64,000 nucleotides of DNA from Bacilli bacterium. Lineage in GTDB: Bacteria; Bacillota_I; Bacilli_A; RF39; UBA660. The DNA is taken from contig JAFXZI010000001.1 of NCBI GenBank assembly GCA_017541325.1, positions 5,624-69,623 on the forward strand, in the 5' to 3' direction. Position 1 is the first letter of the stretch. Every line of letters starts with the position of its first letter. Positions 28,083-37,817 of the stretch are shown here, piece by piece. Both the position numbers and the translations under genes were made by a program. The notes beneath the pieces were generated by a model. It did no database searches, was not told the DNA's origin, and saw only the letters and a list, made by a program, of their open reading frames with translations.

Positions 28083-28832
28083 ATGAAAAAGAAAGAAAAG
28101 GATAAAAAATCTAATAGTTTAGAATTAATTATATTTATTATATGTGTTGTTTTAATCGCAGGATTTTTCTTAATTATGATTGGAATAAAAGGTAGGTTAG
28201 GAGAAAAAAATAAAGAGACAAATTCTAAAGAAAAAGAAGAAATTGAACATGTTGATTTATCTTTTGCTCAAGATATTCTAGATAGAATTGAATATCCAAT
28301 AATACTTCATCCAGGAAATGATAGTTTTGATGCGATGGCATATTACTATTCAAACAATAAGATCCTTGCTAAAAATATGACAATGGAATCTAAAGTATTA
28401 ATATCAGTATTAAATACTGAGGGAGATTGTAGCGGAGATAAATGTTATATAAAAGAAGATGAAGTAATAAAAAAATATAACGAATTATTTGGCAGTGAAG
28501 TTGCATATAATTTTCCCAAAAGTAAATATATGACTTTAGAAGATGGATATATAGTATTAAATAAAGATTGGAAGTCATCATCAAATGGATTTGTATTTAC
28601 TAAAATAACTGATGCTACGATGACAGATAAAGAATTAAAAATATATGTAAAAGTTGCTTTCCAATATGATACTACTTTATTCTATGATTATAATTTAACT
28701 AATATTATTGAAGAATTATCTACATGTACTTCAAATGATGACTTAGATTATTATGATAATTTATATCAATATGTATATACTTTTAAAATAGAAGATGGAA
28801 ATTATACTTTCTATAGTGTAAACAAAAAATAA
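28083..28832 (+). CDS. Membrane-anchored hypothetical protein
   Basis: N-terminal TM, acidic extracytoplasmic domain; RBS taggagt. Confidence 0.4.
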   Translation: MKKKEKDKKSNSLELIIFIICVVLIAGFFLIMIGIKGRLGEKNKETNSKEKEEIEHVDLSFAQDILDRIEYPIILHPGNDSFDAMAYYYSNNKILAKNMTMESKVLISVLNTEGDCSGDKCYIKEDEVIKKYNELFGSEVAYNFPKSKYMTLEDGYIVLNKDWKSSSNGFVFTKITDATMTDKELKIYVKVAFQYDTTLFYDYNLTNIIEELSTCTSNDDLDYYDNLYQYVYTFKIEDGNYTFYSVNKK

Positions 28833-28860
28833 TCCACAAAAACTGTGGATTATTTTTTAT
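28830..28860. terminator. Bidirectional terminator
   Basis: atccacaaaaactgtggat plus ttttttat. Confidence 0.6.
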
Positions 28861-29305
28861 TACTTTCATATATTAAAGCTTCATATAATATATCGACAAT
28901 ATAATTACTATCTAAAATATTATATTTATTTTTTATTTCATCTATTACTTCATCACTATATGATAAATCTAAGTACTTAAGAACTGGTACTTTTTTATTA
29001 TTAAATTTTTCTAAATAATTAAGAGTATATATATTATCTAAATATAAAATAGTTTTCTTACCAATAAATTTTTTAAAATCTTTAACTATTTCATCTGTAC
29101 TATCTTTATAAATAAAACTATCTTTATCATATTTAATTAAATCTAATACAAATGGATTATCGATATTATTGTTACGATAATCAAATCTATCTATTAATTC
29201 TAACCCTCTTAATCTTAATGCAGATAGTTGAGCAATATCTCCATTTTTAACAGCAGTAGGTATAACTTCAACAATTATATATTCTTTTTTTAATAAATCG
29301 TTCAT
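28850..29305 (-). CDS. Hypothetical protein
   Basis: ORF in a tight minus-strand array. Confidence 0.35.
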   Translation of the reverse strand: MNDLLKKEYIIVEVIPTAVKNGDIAQLSALRLRGLELIDRFDYRNNNIDNPFVLDLIKYDKDSFIYKDSTDEIVKDFKKFIGKKTILYLDNIYTLNYLEKFNNKKVPVLKYLDLSYSDEVIDEIKNKYNILDSNYIVDILYEALIYESNKK

Positions 29306-29838
29306 TAATACTCACTTATATCTAATTTGATATTACTACCAACATCATTTATTTCTACTACTGCAATCCATGATTTAGTTATATCTGTATCATAAATTCT
29401 TTTATCTATTTTAATTATTACTTTATCATTATCTTTATAAACATCAGTAATTCTATTTGATACAACATTTCCTTTATTTTCTAAACAAAGTACAACTAAA
29501 GTATTTTCTAAATAGAATTCTTCATTACTAAATAAATCTAATTTTTTATTTAACCATTCATTTTTTTGTTTATTAACTTTTTCTTCTTTAAATGTTTTTA
29601 ACTCTTCCATATTTCTAATAACAGTTAATTCATCTAAATCATCTATTTTCTTCTTTGGTTTAATACTATTAATACCATAATTAATATGTTCAATATGAGA
29701 TTCTAGTTTTTCTACTCTATCATTAATTGCAGCTTTAACTTCAAGCATTACTTTTCCAAGCATAATAGCGCAGCAAATTATGCAAAATAATGATAAAACT
29801 TCTTTTGATAATCTATTCCTCATAGTGCTCAACTCCAA
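29305..29838 (-). CDS. Hypothetical N-terminally membrane-anchored protein
   Basis: TM LSLFCIICCAIMLGKVML. Confidence 0.35.
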   Translation of the reverse strand: MELSTMRNRLSKEVLSLFCIICCAIMLGKVMLEVKAAINDRVEKLESHIEHINYGINSIKPKKKIDDLDELTVIRNMEELKTFKEEKVNKQKNEWLNKKLDLFSNEEFYLENTLVVLCLENKGNVVSNRITDVYKDNDKVIIKIDKRIYDTDITKSWIAVVEINDVGSNIKLDISEY

Positions 29839-29909
29839 ATATTATTATAAATCATAAATATTATATTAACAATAATATTATTTTTATTAATATATAAAAA
29901 GAATGATTA

Positions 29910-30350
29910 TTAAGAATCATTCCTATTTAATAATTTTTGTATTGATTTTGTAGCTAAATCATCATATGATTTTGGCTCTATTGTACTATCTATAAAATCA
30001 GTAAAACCAGTAGGCATTAAACCATACTTAGATAATACTGAATCAATATCAAATATTCTTTGTTCAAGTACATATTCTTCATCTAGTCCACGACCAAATA
30101 TTTCATAAAACTTATCTTCTGTTTTTACTCTTAAATCATATAAATCAATTAATTGATCATATCGATCTTTTTCAATAAAACCTCTTTTATATAATCTTTC
30201 AATTTTACATACCATCATCAAGTCTGTTAATGTATAGTCTGGATAATCTGCTCTTAACGCACGAAGAACATAATCATAATCATCAAATTTACAACCAAGT
30301 TGTGTAGAATCTAATGATCTTATAGATACAAATATATTTGCTTTTTCCAT
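29910..30350 (-). CDS. Small acidic cytoplasmic protein (immunity-protein-like), first of three
   Basis: 146 aa, D/E/Y-rich, no TM. Confidence 0.4.
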   Translation of the reverse strand: MEKANIFVSIRSLDSTQLGCKFDDYDYVLRALRADYPDYTLTDLMMVCKIERLYKRGFIEKDRYDQLIDLYDLRVKTEDKFYEIFGRGLDEEYVLEQRIFDIDSVLSKYGLMPTGFTDFIDSTIEPKSYDDLATKSIQKLLNRNDS

Positions 30351-30356
30351 AACCCT

Positions 30357-30824
30357 CTACTCCTTTATTTCTTTTTGTCTATTTTCTAATTTAATATCTG
30401 CAATCGCAGATGCAACAGCATATCCTGGATCAAAAGGAAGATACTTAGCTTCTGTTAAGTCTCTTGCATCTATAAAACGACGATTAATATCATCTAAATG
30501 TTGATAAATAAAATAATGTGTTTCATAATTTATTTCATCGTTTGTATTTCCTAATAAACCATTGTAATGTCCAGCTAAAGTTACTCTAAATGCTTGTTGT
30601 GCTCTTTCCGAAGCATTTAATCCTGGTAACTCTCTTTTAAGTTTATTAGTATATACATTCATATAACCTAAATATGTAGCAATTACATCTTTAGCATCTT
30701 CTGCATACCATTTCTCTTCTAAATCCATTTCAGAATAATTAGGAAATATATCTCTAAAATAAGACAGCACTTGTTCTCTGTCAAACGGATTATCTAATTG
30801 ATCAAAACTTTTAAACTCAACCAT
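30357..30824 (-). CDS. Small acidic protein, paralogue of the adjacent 30844..31317 gene
   Basis: Shared motifs YFxxxxPxYxExxxxEKWY, RVxxxGxxxxH, and IKxxNR near the C-terminus. Confidence 0.45.
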   Translation of the reverse strand: MVEFKSFDQLDNPFDREQVLSYFRDIFPNYSEMDLEEKWYAEDAKDVIATYLGYMNVYTNKLKRELPGLNASERAQQAFRVTLAGHYNGLLGNTNDEINYETHYFIYQHLDDINRRFIDARDLTEAKYLPFDPGYAVASAIADIKLENRQKEIKE

Positions 30825-30843
30825 ATATGTACCCCTATAATTA

Positions 30844-31317
30844 TTAATTATTGTCTTCTTTTTTCATTGATCTATTATCCGCTTTTATTTCACCAACAAT
30901 AGATGTTAATTCTTCACTAGAATCAAATGGTATAGAATTATAATTACAATAGAACCATCTATCTAAATATTTTTTATTAACAGTATCTAAATTCTCTAAT
31001 ATAAAATCCCAAGATATATCTTCATTTTCTTCAACCATACTATAATAATGATCAGTTAGTAGTCCTCTATATGCTACTCTTACTATTCTTGCTTCATCTG
31101 ATATATCACCAGAAGATATAATTCTTTCAACTTGATAGTCCATTTCAGCTAGATGTTCATCTATAAAAAGTTTATCCCATTCTGTATACCATTTTTCATC
31201 AAAGGATAATTCAAAATAATCAGGATGTAATAAATCAAAATATTCTTGTACTCTTTCACGTTCATCGCCATATAAAAATATTTCAGTTCTTTCATCTAAA
31301 TCAGCCATTTCAATCAC
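30844..31317 (-). CDS. Small acidic protein, paralogue of 30357..30824
   Basis: See the paralogue; tightly packed behind ispG. Confidence 0.45.
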   Translation of the reverse strand: MIEMADLDERTEIFLYGDERERVQEYFDLLHPDYFELSFDEKWYTEWDKLFIDEHLAEMDYQVERIISSGDISDEARIVRVAYRGLLTDHYYSMVEENEDISWDFILENLDTVNKKYLDRWFYCNYNSIPFDSSEELTSIVGEIKADNRSMKKEDNN

Positions 31318-31365
31318 CGATTTCTATAATAACACAAAACCTTTAAAAGTAAAGGAAAAATATAG

Positions 31366-32430
31366 TTAATCCTTCTTTATTAATTCCATTATTTCTTCTT
31401 TTAAAACCTCTACTATTTTATCTTGTGGTACCCTTTTAATTATTTCTCCATGTGAGAAAATAATTCCTTCTTTAATTCCACCAGCAATACCTATATCTGC
31501 TTCTTTAGCTTCTCCAGGTCCATTTACTGCACACCCCATAACAGCAACTGTAATATCTGCATTAATTCCTTTTAAAAACTCTTCTATTTCTTTAGCAATT
31601 GGTATTAAATCTATTTGTGTTCTTCCACAAGTTGGACAAGATATTAATCTAGGAATATCATTCTTCATTCCTAAATCTTTTAATATCTCTTTAGCAACTA
31701 TAACTTCATCTACTGGATCACTTGATAAAGAAACTCTTAAAGTATCTCCTATTCCTTTATTAAGAAGGATTCCAATACCTATACTAGATTTAATAGTACC
31801 ACTAAAATCTGTTCCAGCTTCTGTTATTCCTATATGTAATGGATAAGTAAATGTTTTACTAGCTAGTTCATAAGCTTTTATACATAAATCAAGATTAGAT
31901 GCTTTTAATGATAAACAAATATCATAAAAGTTTAATTCTTCTAAAATATCTATATGTTTTTTTGCACTTTCTATCATAGCTTCAGCAGTTGGATGACCTC
32001 CATATTTTATTAATAATTCTTTTTCTAAAGATCCTGCATTTACTCCAATTCTTATTGGTATATTTTTTTCTTTACAAGCATTAACTACTTTTATAACATT
32101 TTCTTTTTTTCCAATATTTCCAGGATTAATTCTTATTTTATCTACTCCACTTTTTATAGCTTCAAGTGCAATTCTATAATCAAAATGAATATCAGCAACT
32201 ATTGGTATATGAATATGTTTTTTTATTTCTTTAATAGCTTTAGCATCTTCTATATCTAAACATGCTACTCTAATTATTTCACACCCAGCATTTTCTAACT
32301 CTAATATTTGCTTTACTGTAGAATCTACATCTTTTGTTTTAGTATTACACATCGATTGAATACTTATTTTATTATTACCACCAATTAGTACATCTCCAAC
32401 TTTTATTACTTTTGTCTTTTTTCTTTTCAT
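31366..32430 (-). CDS. ispG: 4-hydroxy-3-methylbut-2-enyl diphosphate synthase (flavodoxin)
   Basis: GcpE family: [13 protein letters not shown]-terminal CPTCGR 4Fe-4S motif. Start set at MKRKK with RBS ggaga. Confidence 0.9.
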   Translation of the reverse strand: MKRKKTKVIKVGDVLIGGNNKISIQSMCNTKTKDVDSTVKQILELENAGCEIIRVACLDIEDAKAIKEIKKHIHIPIVADIHFDYRIALEAIKSGVDKIRINPGNIGKKENVIKVVNACKEKNIPIRIGVNAGSLEKELLIKYGGHPTAEAMIESAKKHIDILEELNFYDICLSLKASNLDLCIKAYELASKTFTYPLHIGITEAGTDFSGTIKSSIGIGILLNKGIGDTLRVSLSSDPVDEVIVAKEILKDLGMKNDIPRLISCPTCGRTQIDLIPIAKEIEEFLKGINADITVAVMGCAVNGPGEAKEADIGIAGGIKEGIIFSHGEIIKRVPQDKIVEVLKEEIMELIKKD

Positions 32431-32499
32431 ATTTACATCTCCATTCATATTAATAAATATATTTTTCTACTACATGATATAATTATACTAGGTGATACC

Positions 32500-32925
32500 G
32501 TGAAAAAGAATAATAAAAAATTATTTGAATATAAAAAAGACTTAATACTAACTATTGTTGTAACAGTTTCATTAGTTTTATTAAGTTGTGCAGTTAGTTT
32601 TATTACCTATAGTCCTGATTGCCATGGCGGAGAAATGTGTTTTGGAACTGACAGTGAATGGATGGAAATATTTGTACCAGTACAAGTTTTTGCTCTTGTA
32701 TTTCTAATCTATAGAATAGTAAAAATGAGAGACAAATATTTTAAAAAATCTAAACATTTAGTACTTAGTATTTTTATTATTTCGGCTTTATTATTCATAA
32801 CACCAATAGGTGCAACAATAATAGTAATGGGTGCTGCATACGGAATAGGATTCGGATTAATATCAATACTCTTATTACTAGTATCATTAATAAAATTTTA
32901 TATAGAAAGAAACAAAAAAAGATAG
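32500..32925 (+). CDS. Small integral membrane protein
   Basis: Four hydrophobic helices. Confidence 0.4.
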   Translation: MKKNNKKLFEYKKDLILTIVVTVSLVLLSCAVSFITYSPDCHGGEMCFGTDSEWMEIFVPVQVFALVFLIYRIVKMRDKYFKKSKHLVLSIFIISALLFITPIGATIIVMGAAYGIGFGLISILLLLVSLIKFYIERNKKR

Positions 32926-32946
32926 ATTATTCTATCTTTTTTTAAT
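32916..32946. terminator. Bidirectional terminator
   Basis: aaagatagattattctatcttt plus T-run. Confidence 0.55.
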
Positions 32947-33470
32947 TAATTTCTTTCTATTCTATATATATGAGGTAAAGAATCCTCATCCTCATCAATT
33001 CTCAAAAATTTTTCAAAGATGTCGTTAGGAATAGCTGATTCATATTCTGGATTAAATGCTATAGAATACCCAGTCATATCGCCACGAATTATTCCTCTTA
33101 CCAAATAATTATCTTTATTATTTAATCTATACCTTTCTATAACTGCAAGATAACTTAGCGCTGCATCTTTTCCTTTTGTAGCAGCTTGTCCCATTATCTC
33201 ACTTCCTAAACGCTTATGAACATATCTAAATGCATCTCTATGATCAAAAGATAAAAATGATTTATAATTATTTTTTTTAAACATTTTATTAACATCTATA
33301 CAATCCCAATCAATTGCTTCCACATTTTCAAAATCAGAACAATCTCTAAAAATATGACTAGGATGACAAATATAAATAGAATGATTATCCCATACAGAAA
33401 GCATATTATCCATCACTTTACTAAAACTACTTTTATCATTTATATCCAATCTAATATAACTTTTACTCAC
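32946..33470 (-). CDS. Hypothetical protein, divergent partner of the ART-like gene
   Basis: 174 aa, no motif recognised. Confidence 0.35.
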   Translation of the reverse strand: MSKSYIRLDINDKSSFSKVMDNMLSVWDNHSIYICHPSHIFRDCSDFENVEAIDWDCIDVNKMFKKNNYKSFLSFDHRDAFRYVHKRLGSEIMGQAATKGKDAALSYLAVIERYRLNNKDNYLVRGIIRGDMTGYSIAFNPEYESAIPNDIFEKFLRIDEDEDSLPHIYRIERN

Positions 33471-33593
33471 AATAACACCTCTTTAAGTTATTTATTATAT
33501 AGTAATATTTTTTATGTTGTAAATATAAAATGAAAATTTGTTGATTTATAAAAAAAACGTGTTAAAATAACACACAACGGGGGTTGATATAGT

Positions 33594-34151
33594 ATGGATT
33601 ACTATTATCATGGAACAAATCAAGTTCACAGTAAAGGTTTAGACATCATGATTGATATAATTGAATCTGGCGGAATTAAAAGCAACAATAAAAGATCAGG
33701 ATCATCTTTTGGTATATATAATGGTGATGATTATATTAGTGTTGGTAAATGGAATCGTGATGAAAATATAGACTTTGATAAAATTGGGGTATCATGTTTT
33801 TATGGTTGGATATTTTGGTGCCCAGCATTTATTATTGATTCTAGTATTAATGCAATACATGCTGAAAAACATGATGAACCAGTAGATCCTAGCAAAGGAA
33901 GATATTCTTGTTTTATAGATGAATATCATGTAAGAGATGAAATAGGATTAGATAAAATTAGAGGGATAGCATTACCATTTTCATTAATTTCAGGAAATAA
34001 AGATTATCTTTTAAAAACTTTAAAGATACTTCAATATGCAAAGTTATATGGATGGAATGTTTATGAATCAGATTCTTCACTAATAGATAGAGTTGATAAA
34101 GAAGATGTATATGACGATATGAGTTATAGCAAAAAAGGAACTAATAGTTAG
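33594..34151 (+). CDS. Standalone H-Y-E class (PARP/diphtheria-toxin-like) ADP-ribosyltransferase-domain protein, putative
   Basis: N-terminal YYYHGTNQVHSKGLDIMIDIIESGGIKS resembles the diphtheria toxin SYHGTKPGYVDSIQKGI His motif. FGIYNGDDY resembles the PARP GIYFAD Tyr motif. CFIDEYHV resembles the PARP LYNEYIVY catalytic Glu motif. Confidence 0.45.
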   Translation: MDYYYHGTNQVHSKGLDIMIDIIESGGIKSNNKRSGSSFGIYNGDDYISVGKWNRDENIDFDKIGVSCFYGWIFWCPAFIIDSSINAIHAEKHDEPVDPSKGRYSCFIDEYHVRDEIGLDKIRGIALPFSLISGNKDYLLKTLKILQYAKLYGWNVYESDSSLIDRVDKEDVYDDMSYSKKGTNS

Positions 34152-34163
34152 TTCCTTTTTTTA
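34135..34163 (+). terminator. Terminator of the ART-like gene
   Basis: ggaactaatagttagttcc plus ttttttt. Confidence 0.55.
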
Positions 34164-34168
34164 TAATA

Positions 34169-34717
34169 TTAATTAAAAAAGAATATATAGACAAACAATA
34201 AAATAAGTATTAGAAAAAATATAGTTATGAAAGAAATAATACCTTTATCAATTTTGCTTTTAGCAACATTATATCTATATTTAGATTGACTAATAAAAAA
34301 TAATACAGAAAGAATTAAATAAAAAGTAGGTATTAATAATTTCGTTCCACTAGTTGGATCAGCTAAACCAACTATTACTAAAAATAAAAGGCAAACACCA
34401 GGAGATATTATAATATTAAGCAATGAATACATATATAGATTTTTTCTAAAGTTTCTATATGCATTATTAACTATATTAGAATCATAAGAATTATTTTTTA
34501 TTAATCTATCATCAACACTATTTTCTTCACTTACTTTTTTCTCATATTCTTTATTTGTTTCATCTTTAATATCGTTATAATTTTTAACATAATCATCTAT
34601 ATTTTTTTTGTTTTCTTTTTCTAAAGAATCTAGAGAATCTGTTCCATATCCACAATTAATACACATACCATTTAGTAAATAAGCACCACAATTAGGACAT
34701 TTATCATTTTTCTTCAT
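34169..34717 (-). CDS. Zinc-ribbon (CPNCG...CINCGY) membrane protein
   Basis: N-terminal double CxxC ribbon, three C-terminal TM helices. Confidence 0.4.
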   Translation of the reverse strand: MKKNDKCPNCGAYLLNGMCINCGYGTDSLDSLEKENKKNIDDYVKNYNDIKDETNKEYEKKVSEENSVDDRLIKNNSYDSNIVNNAYRNFRKNLYMYSLLNIIISPGVCLLFLVIVGLADPTSGTKLLIPTFYLILSVLFFISQSKYRYNVAKSKIDKGIISFITIFFLILILLFVYIFFFN

Positions 34718-34784
34718 ATTACTACCTCTATATTTAGTATATTACATTTTGATTATATCATATTAGTTGTTTCTATTATTTGAC

Positions 34785-34820
34785 ACAAAAAAACGAACTA
34801 TAAAGTTCGTTTATTTTTAT
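34785..34820. terminator. Bidirectional hairpin (aacgaactataaagttcgtt) with flanking A/T-runs near the presumed element boundary
   Basis: Perfect 8-bp stem read directly. Confidence 0.4.
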
Positions 34821-35033
34821 ATGGGGCCATGATTTAACGTGTTTACGAAAAATCAGCACAAATCTATGAAATTGAGTTTGACTCAATTACTTGAATAAAA
34901 TATATCACAACATTTTGACATTTGCAAATATTTTTTCAATGTTCCTTATTCTCGAAAAAATTACTAGTGTAAGATAGGATAACTCTATTTTTAAAAACTA
35001 ATAAATAATGATATAATGATTATGGTGAATAAT

Positions 35034-36068
35034 ATGGGATTTATTAAAGATTTACTTGGAAATAATGATAAAAGAAAGATTATTGGTTATGGACATAAAG
35101 ATGAAGGCATGTTTGGAAGTTTATCAATTTATTCGAAAGATTTTAATGAACAATATGCTGAAAAAGTAGCTATTTTTTTACATAAAATGAAACGTGCTGA
35201 ATTAAAAGATAAAAATGAAGATTATATGAGTACTTTAAGATATTGGTATACGATTCCTTATCCACATGATCTGCATTTGCTACTCATAAAAGAAGGATAT
35301 TATACCAAGTCTGATATAAATAATATTTTAAATGCTAAAACGATTCCACAATTAAAAGATTTAGCAAAAGAATTAAATATCACTATAAAAGGTAAAAAAG
35401 ATGAACTAGTTAGCCAATTAGAAAGTCAAATGAGTGATAATAATAAGAATGAATTATTAAATAAATCAAGACTCTATATTCTATCAGACAAAGGAAATAG
35501 TTATTTGAATCAACACTCTGATTTTGTTACTTTAGCTGAACACTATATGTGGAATATAACACAAAAAGACCTTGATGATTTTAGAAGAAATAATCCAAAC
35601 TATTCAGTATATGAAATAGCTGAATCTATTCTTTTAAAAAGAATAAGTCATAGTCTGTCTATTGGTTTGAATAATTATTCATCCTCAACATGTCATTGCC
35701 TAGCCGAACTATATAATGAATTAGGTAATTCTAGAGAATCTCTAAAATTTTATATAGGATTATTATTGTTAGATATTAATATGACACATTTTCAGAATGA
35801 GGAGTTTTATGAAAGCTATGTTAATTCTGTAAAAGATGCATATAGCAACGAATCATATGGAGTTCTTCCACCGGGAATAATCAAAACAGTTTTAGATAAT
35901 AAGCGATTAATAGATGAAAAAATCATTCAAGAGGCATATGATTCTGTTAAAAATTGTAGTAAAATATATTTAACTAGTACTGAATTTGATAATATGATAC
36001 ATGATTTAATAGAAACTGATAAAATCGATGAGAAAAAGTATTTAAAATTAATAGTCAATAGATTATGA
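35034..36068 (+). CDS. SAP-domain-containing hypothetical protein (element cargo)
   Basis: LKDLAKELNITIKGKKDELVSQLESQ matches the SAP motif; RBS ggtga before MGFIKD. Confidence 0.4.
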   Translation: MGFIKDLLGNNDKRKIIGYGHKDEGMFGSLSIYSKDFNEQYAEKVAIFLHKMKRAELKDKNEDYMSTLRYWYTIPYPHDLHLLLIKEGYYTKSDINNILNAKTIPQLKDLAKELNITIKGKKDELVSQLESQMSDNNKNELLNKSRLYILSDKGNSYLNQHSDFVTLAEHYMWNITQKDLDDFRRNNPNYSVYEIAESILLKRISHSLSIGLNNYSSSTCHCLAELYNELGNSRESLKFYIGLLLLDINMTHFQNEEFYESYVNSVKDAYSNESYGVLPPGIIKTVLDNKRLIDEKIIQEAYDSVKNCSKIYLTSTEFDNMIHDLIETDKIDEKKYLKLIVNRL

Positions 36069-36084
36069 AAGAGAGGTATATTGA

Positions 36085-37428
36085 ATGAGTTTGAGATTTA
36101 GAAGAAGTATCAAAATATGTAAGGGATTAAGAGTAAATCTTAATAAGAACTCTGTTGGTTTAAGTGTAGGTCCTAGAGGTCTAGGATATACTGTAAATTC
36201 AAAAGGAAGAAAAACAGTTCATGCTGGAATTCCTGGAACAGGTTTATCATATGTAGCTTCGAATAATGTTAGTTCATCAAAGCCTTCACAAACATCTAGA
36301 CAAGTAAGCAATTCAAGTTCAAATACTAAATATGTAGAAACAAAGATTGATTTTAGACTTGAAGATGACGGAAAATGGAGATTTTTTTACCCAGATGGTA
36401 GCGAAGTTTTTGATCAATCCCTAATAAACAGAATTAAAAGACATCCAAGCTTTATTGAACAAAAGAATAGAATTTTAAATGACAGAAACGAGAGAATTTC
36501 TCAAGAAGTAGAAGACTTTAATTCTGGTATTGAAGAATTAATCAATATTTATAAAATGGCTGCGTATCCAATTCTTGAAGATCAAGAATATGAAAATGCT
36601 ATGAATCAGATTAAACTAGAAACTTATAAAGAAGTTGAATATAAAATCCCTAAACCAACTATAGAGAATATTACTCAAGCACTAAATAAAGAAGCACAAA
36701 ATAAGATAAAAGGTATTAAGTTTTGGGAACTAAAGAAAAAAAGAAATGAATATGTTCAAGCTAATATAGATGAACGATTTGCTAATGCTACTAAAGGTTG
36801 GGAAGCAAACAAGGAAGAATTTGATAAAAACGAAAAAGAAAAAGCATCTAGCATCAATCAAGAATATAAGAAAGAATATGATGAAGCAATAGCACATTCT
36901 AAAAATATTATTAATGGTGATGAAGAAACAATTAATGATGAAATTGAAACATTCTTAAGTGAAATAGAATTGCCTCTAGAATTTAATGTTAATTTTTCAT
37001 ATTCTAAATCTAATAATACTTTATTGATTGATTTAGATTTACCAGAAATCGAAGATATGCCATCTGAAACAGCAACTCAATTAGCAAGTGGCATGAAAAA
37101 AATGAAGCCTAAAACAAAACAAGAGTTGAAAGATGATTATAAACAATTTGTTTTTGGATTTGCTTTATTTTTAACAAGTCATTTATTTAATATTAGTCCA
37201 AAGATACTAACAATTGTTATTTCTGGATATACTCAAAGAAGAGATAAAAATGGAGAAATAAATGATGACTACATTTATTCAATTATTTTTGAAAGAGAAA
37301 AATTCAAAAAATATAATCCTTTAGAAGAAAATTTAATATATATTTGTAACAATTTTAAAAATAGATGTAACGTTGATATGTATAGTAATTTTAAAGCTAT
37401 TGAACCATATACATCAGTTGAAGAATAA
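36085..37428 (+). CDS. DUF4236-domain protein with a long acidic C-terminal region
   Basis: N-terminal MSLRFRRSIKICKGLRVNLNKNSVGLSVGPRGLGYTVNSKGRKTVHAGIPGTGLSY matches the DUF4236 signature (MGFRFRKS...G.R.N.SKSG.S.S.G..G...G.PGTGLSY). Confidence 0.6.
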   Translation: MSLRFRRSIKICKGLRVNLNKNSVGLSVGPRGLGYTVNSKGRKTVHAGIPGTGLSYVASNNVSSSKPSQTSRQVSNSSSNTKYVETKIDFRLEDDGKWRFFYPDGSEVFDQSLINRIKRHPSFIEQKNRILNDRNERISQEVEDFNSGIEELINIYKMAAYPILEDQEYENAMNQIKLETYKEVEYKIPKPTIENITQALNKEAQNKIKGIKFWELKKKRNEYVQANIDERFANATKGWEANKEEFDKNEKEKASSINQEYKKEYDEAIAHSKNIINGDEETINDEIETFLSEIELPLEFNVNFSYSKSNNTLLIDLDLPEIEDMPSETATQLASGMKKMKPKTKQELKDDYKQFVFGFALFLTSHLFNISPKILTIVISGYTQRRDKNGEINDDYIYSIIFEREKFKKYNPLEENLIYICNNFKNRCNVDMYSNFKAIEPYTSVEE

Positions 37429-37467
37429 ATATTTATTACGAATAGCAGATATACAAGAATAAACTAT

Positions 37468-37500
37468 AACAGACTAAGATTTCTCTTAGTCTGTTTTTTA
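37468..37500. terminator. Bidirectional terminator (10-bp perfect stem cagactaaga/tcttagtctg)
   Basis: Read directly; T-run follows. Confidence 0.65.
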
Positions 37501-37812
37501 TCGTTCTTTATCGATTTTATCTTTTGCTTTTCTTTGTATGTCTTTCATGACAGGTTCACTCCAATTAGTATATGGTTCAGGTCCTGCTAACAAAGTGTTA
37601 GTTTCAGAATCTAGTTTTATATATTTGGTAATTTTAAGTTCTAGCATAACATCTTTAATTGTTTCTATATCATCTGAACAATACTTTTGAACATCTTGAG
37701 GAGTTATATCATCATTGAATAAAACAATACTCAAAAATCCTTTAGCGTTTAATGATAAATCTTTATCAGTTAAATACTTCATAATCGACTTATACATAGT
37801 ATAATGTTTCAT
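37498..37812 (-). CDS. Hypothetical small protein downstream of the relaxase
   Basis: ORF only. Confidence 0.35.
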   Translation of the reverse strand: MKHYTMYKSIMKYLTDKDLSLNAKGFLSIVLFNDDITPQDVQKYCSDDIETIKDVMLELKITKYIKLDSETNTLLAGPEPYTNWSEPVMKDIQRKAKDKIDKER

Positions 37813-37817
37813 TTTTT

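Noticed and set aside
28390-28584. 64-aa antisense ORF
   Set aside because: Inside the 28083..28832 CDS on the opposite strand.
34720-35015. Direct repeat of the tRNA-His 3' end as attL (atggggc shared between 34822-34830 and 41774-41782)
   Set aside because: Only a 7-nt match, within chance expectation; cannot define the element boundary from this alone.
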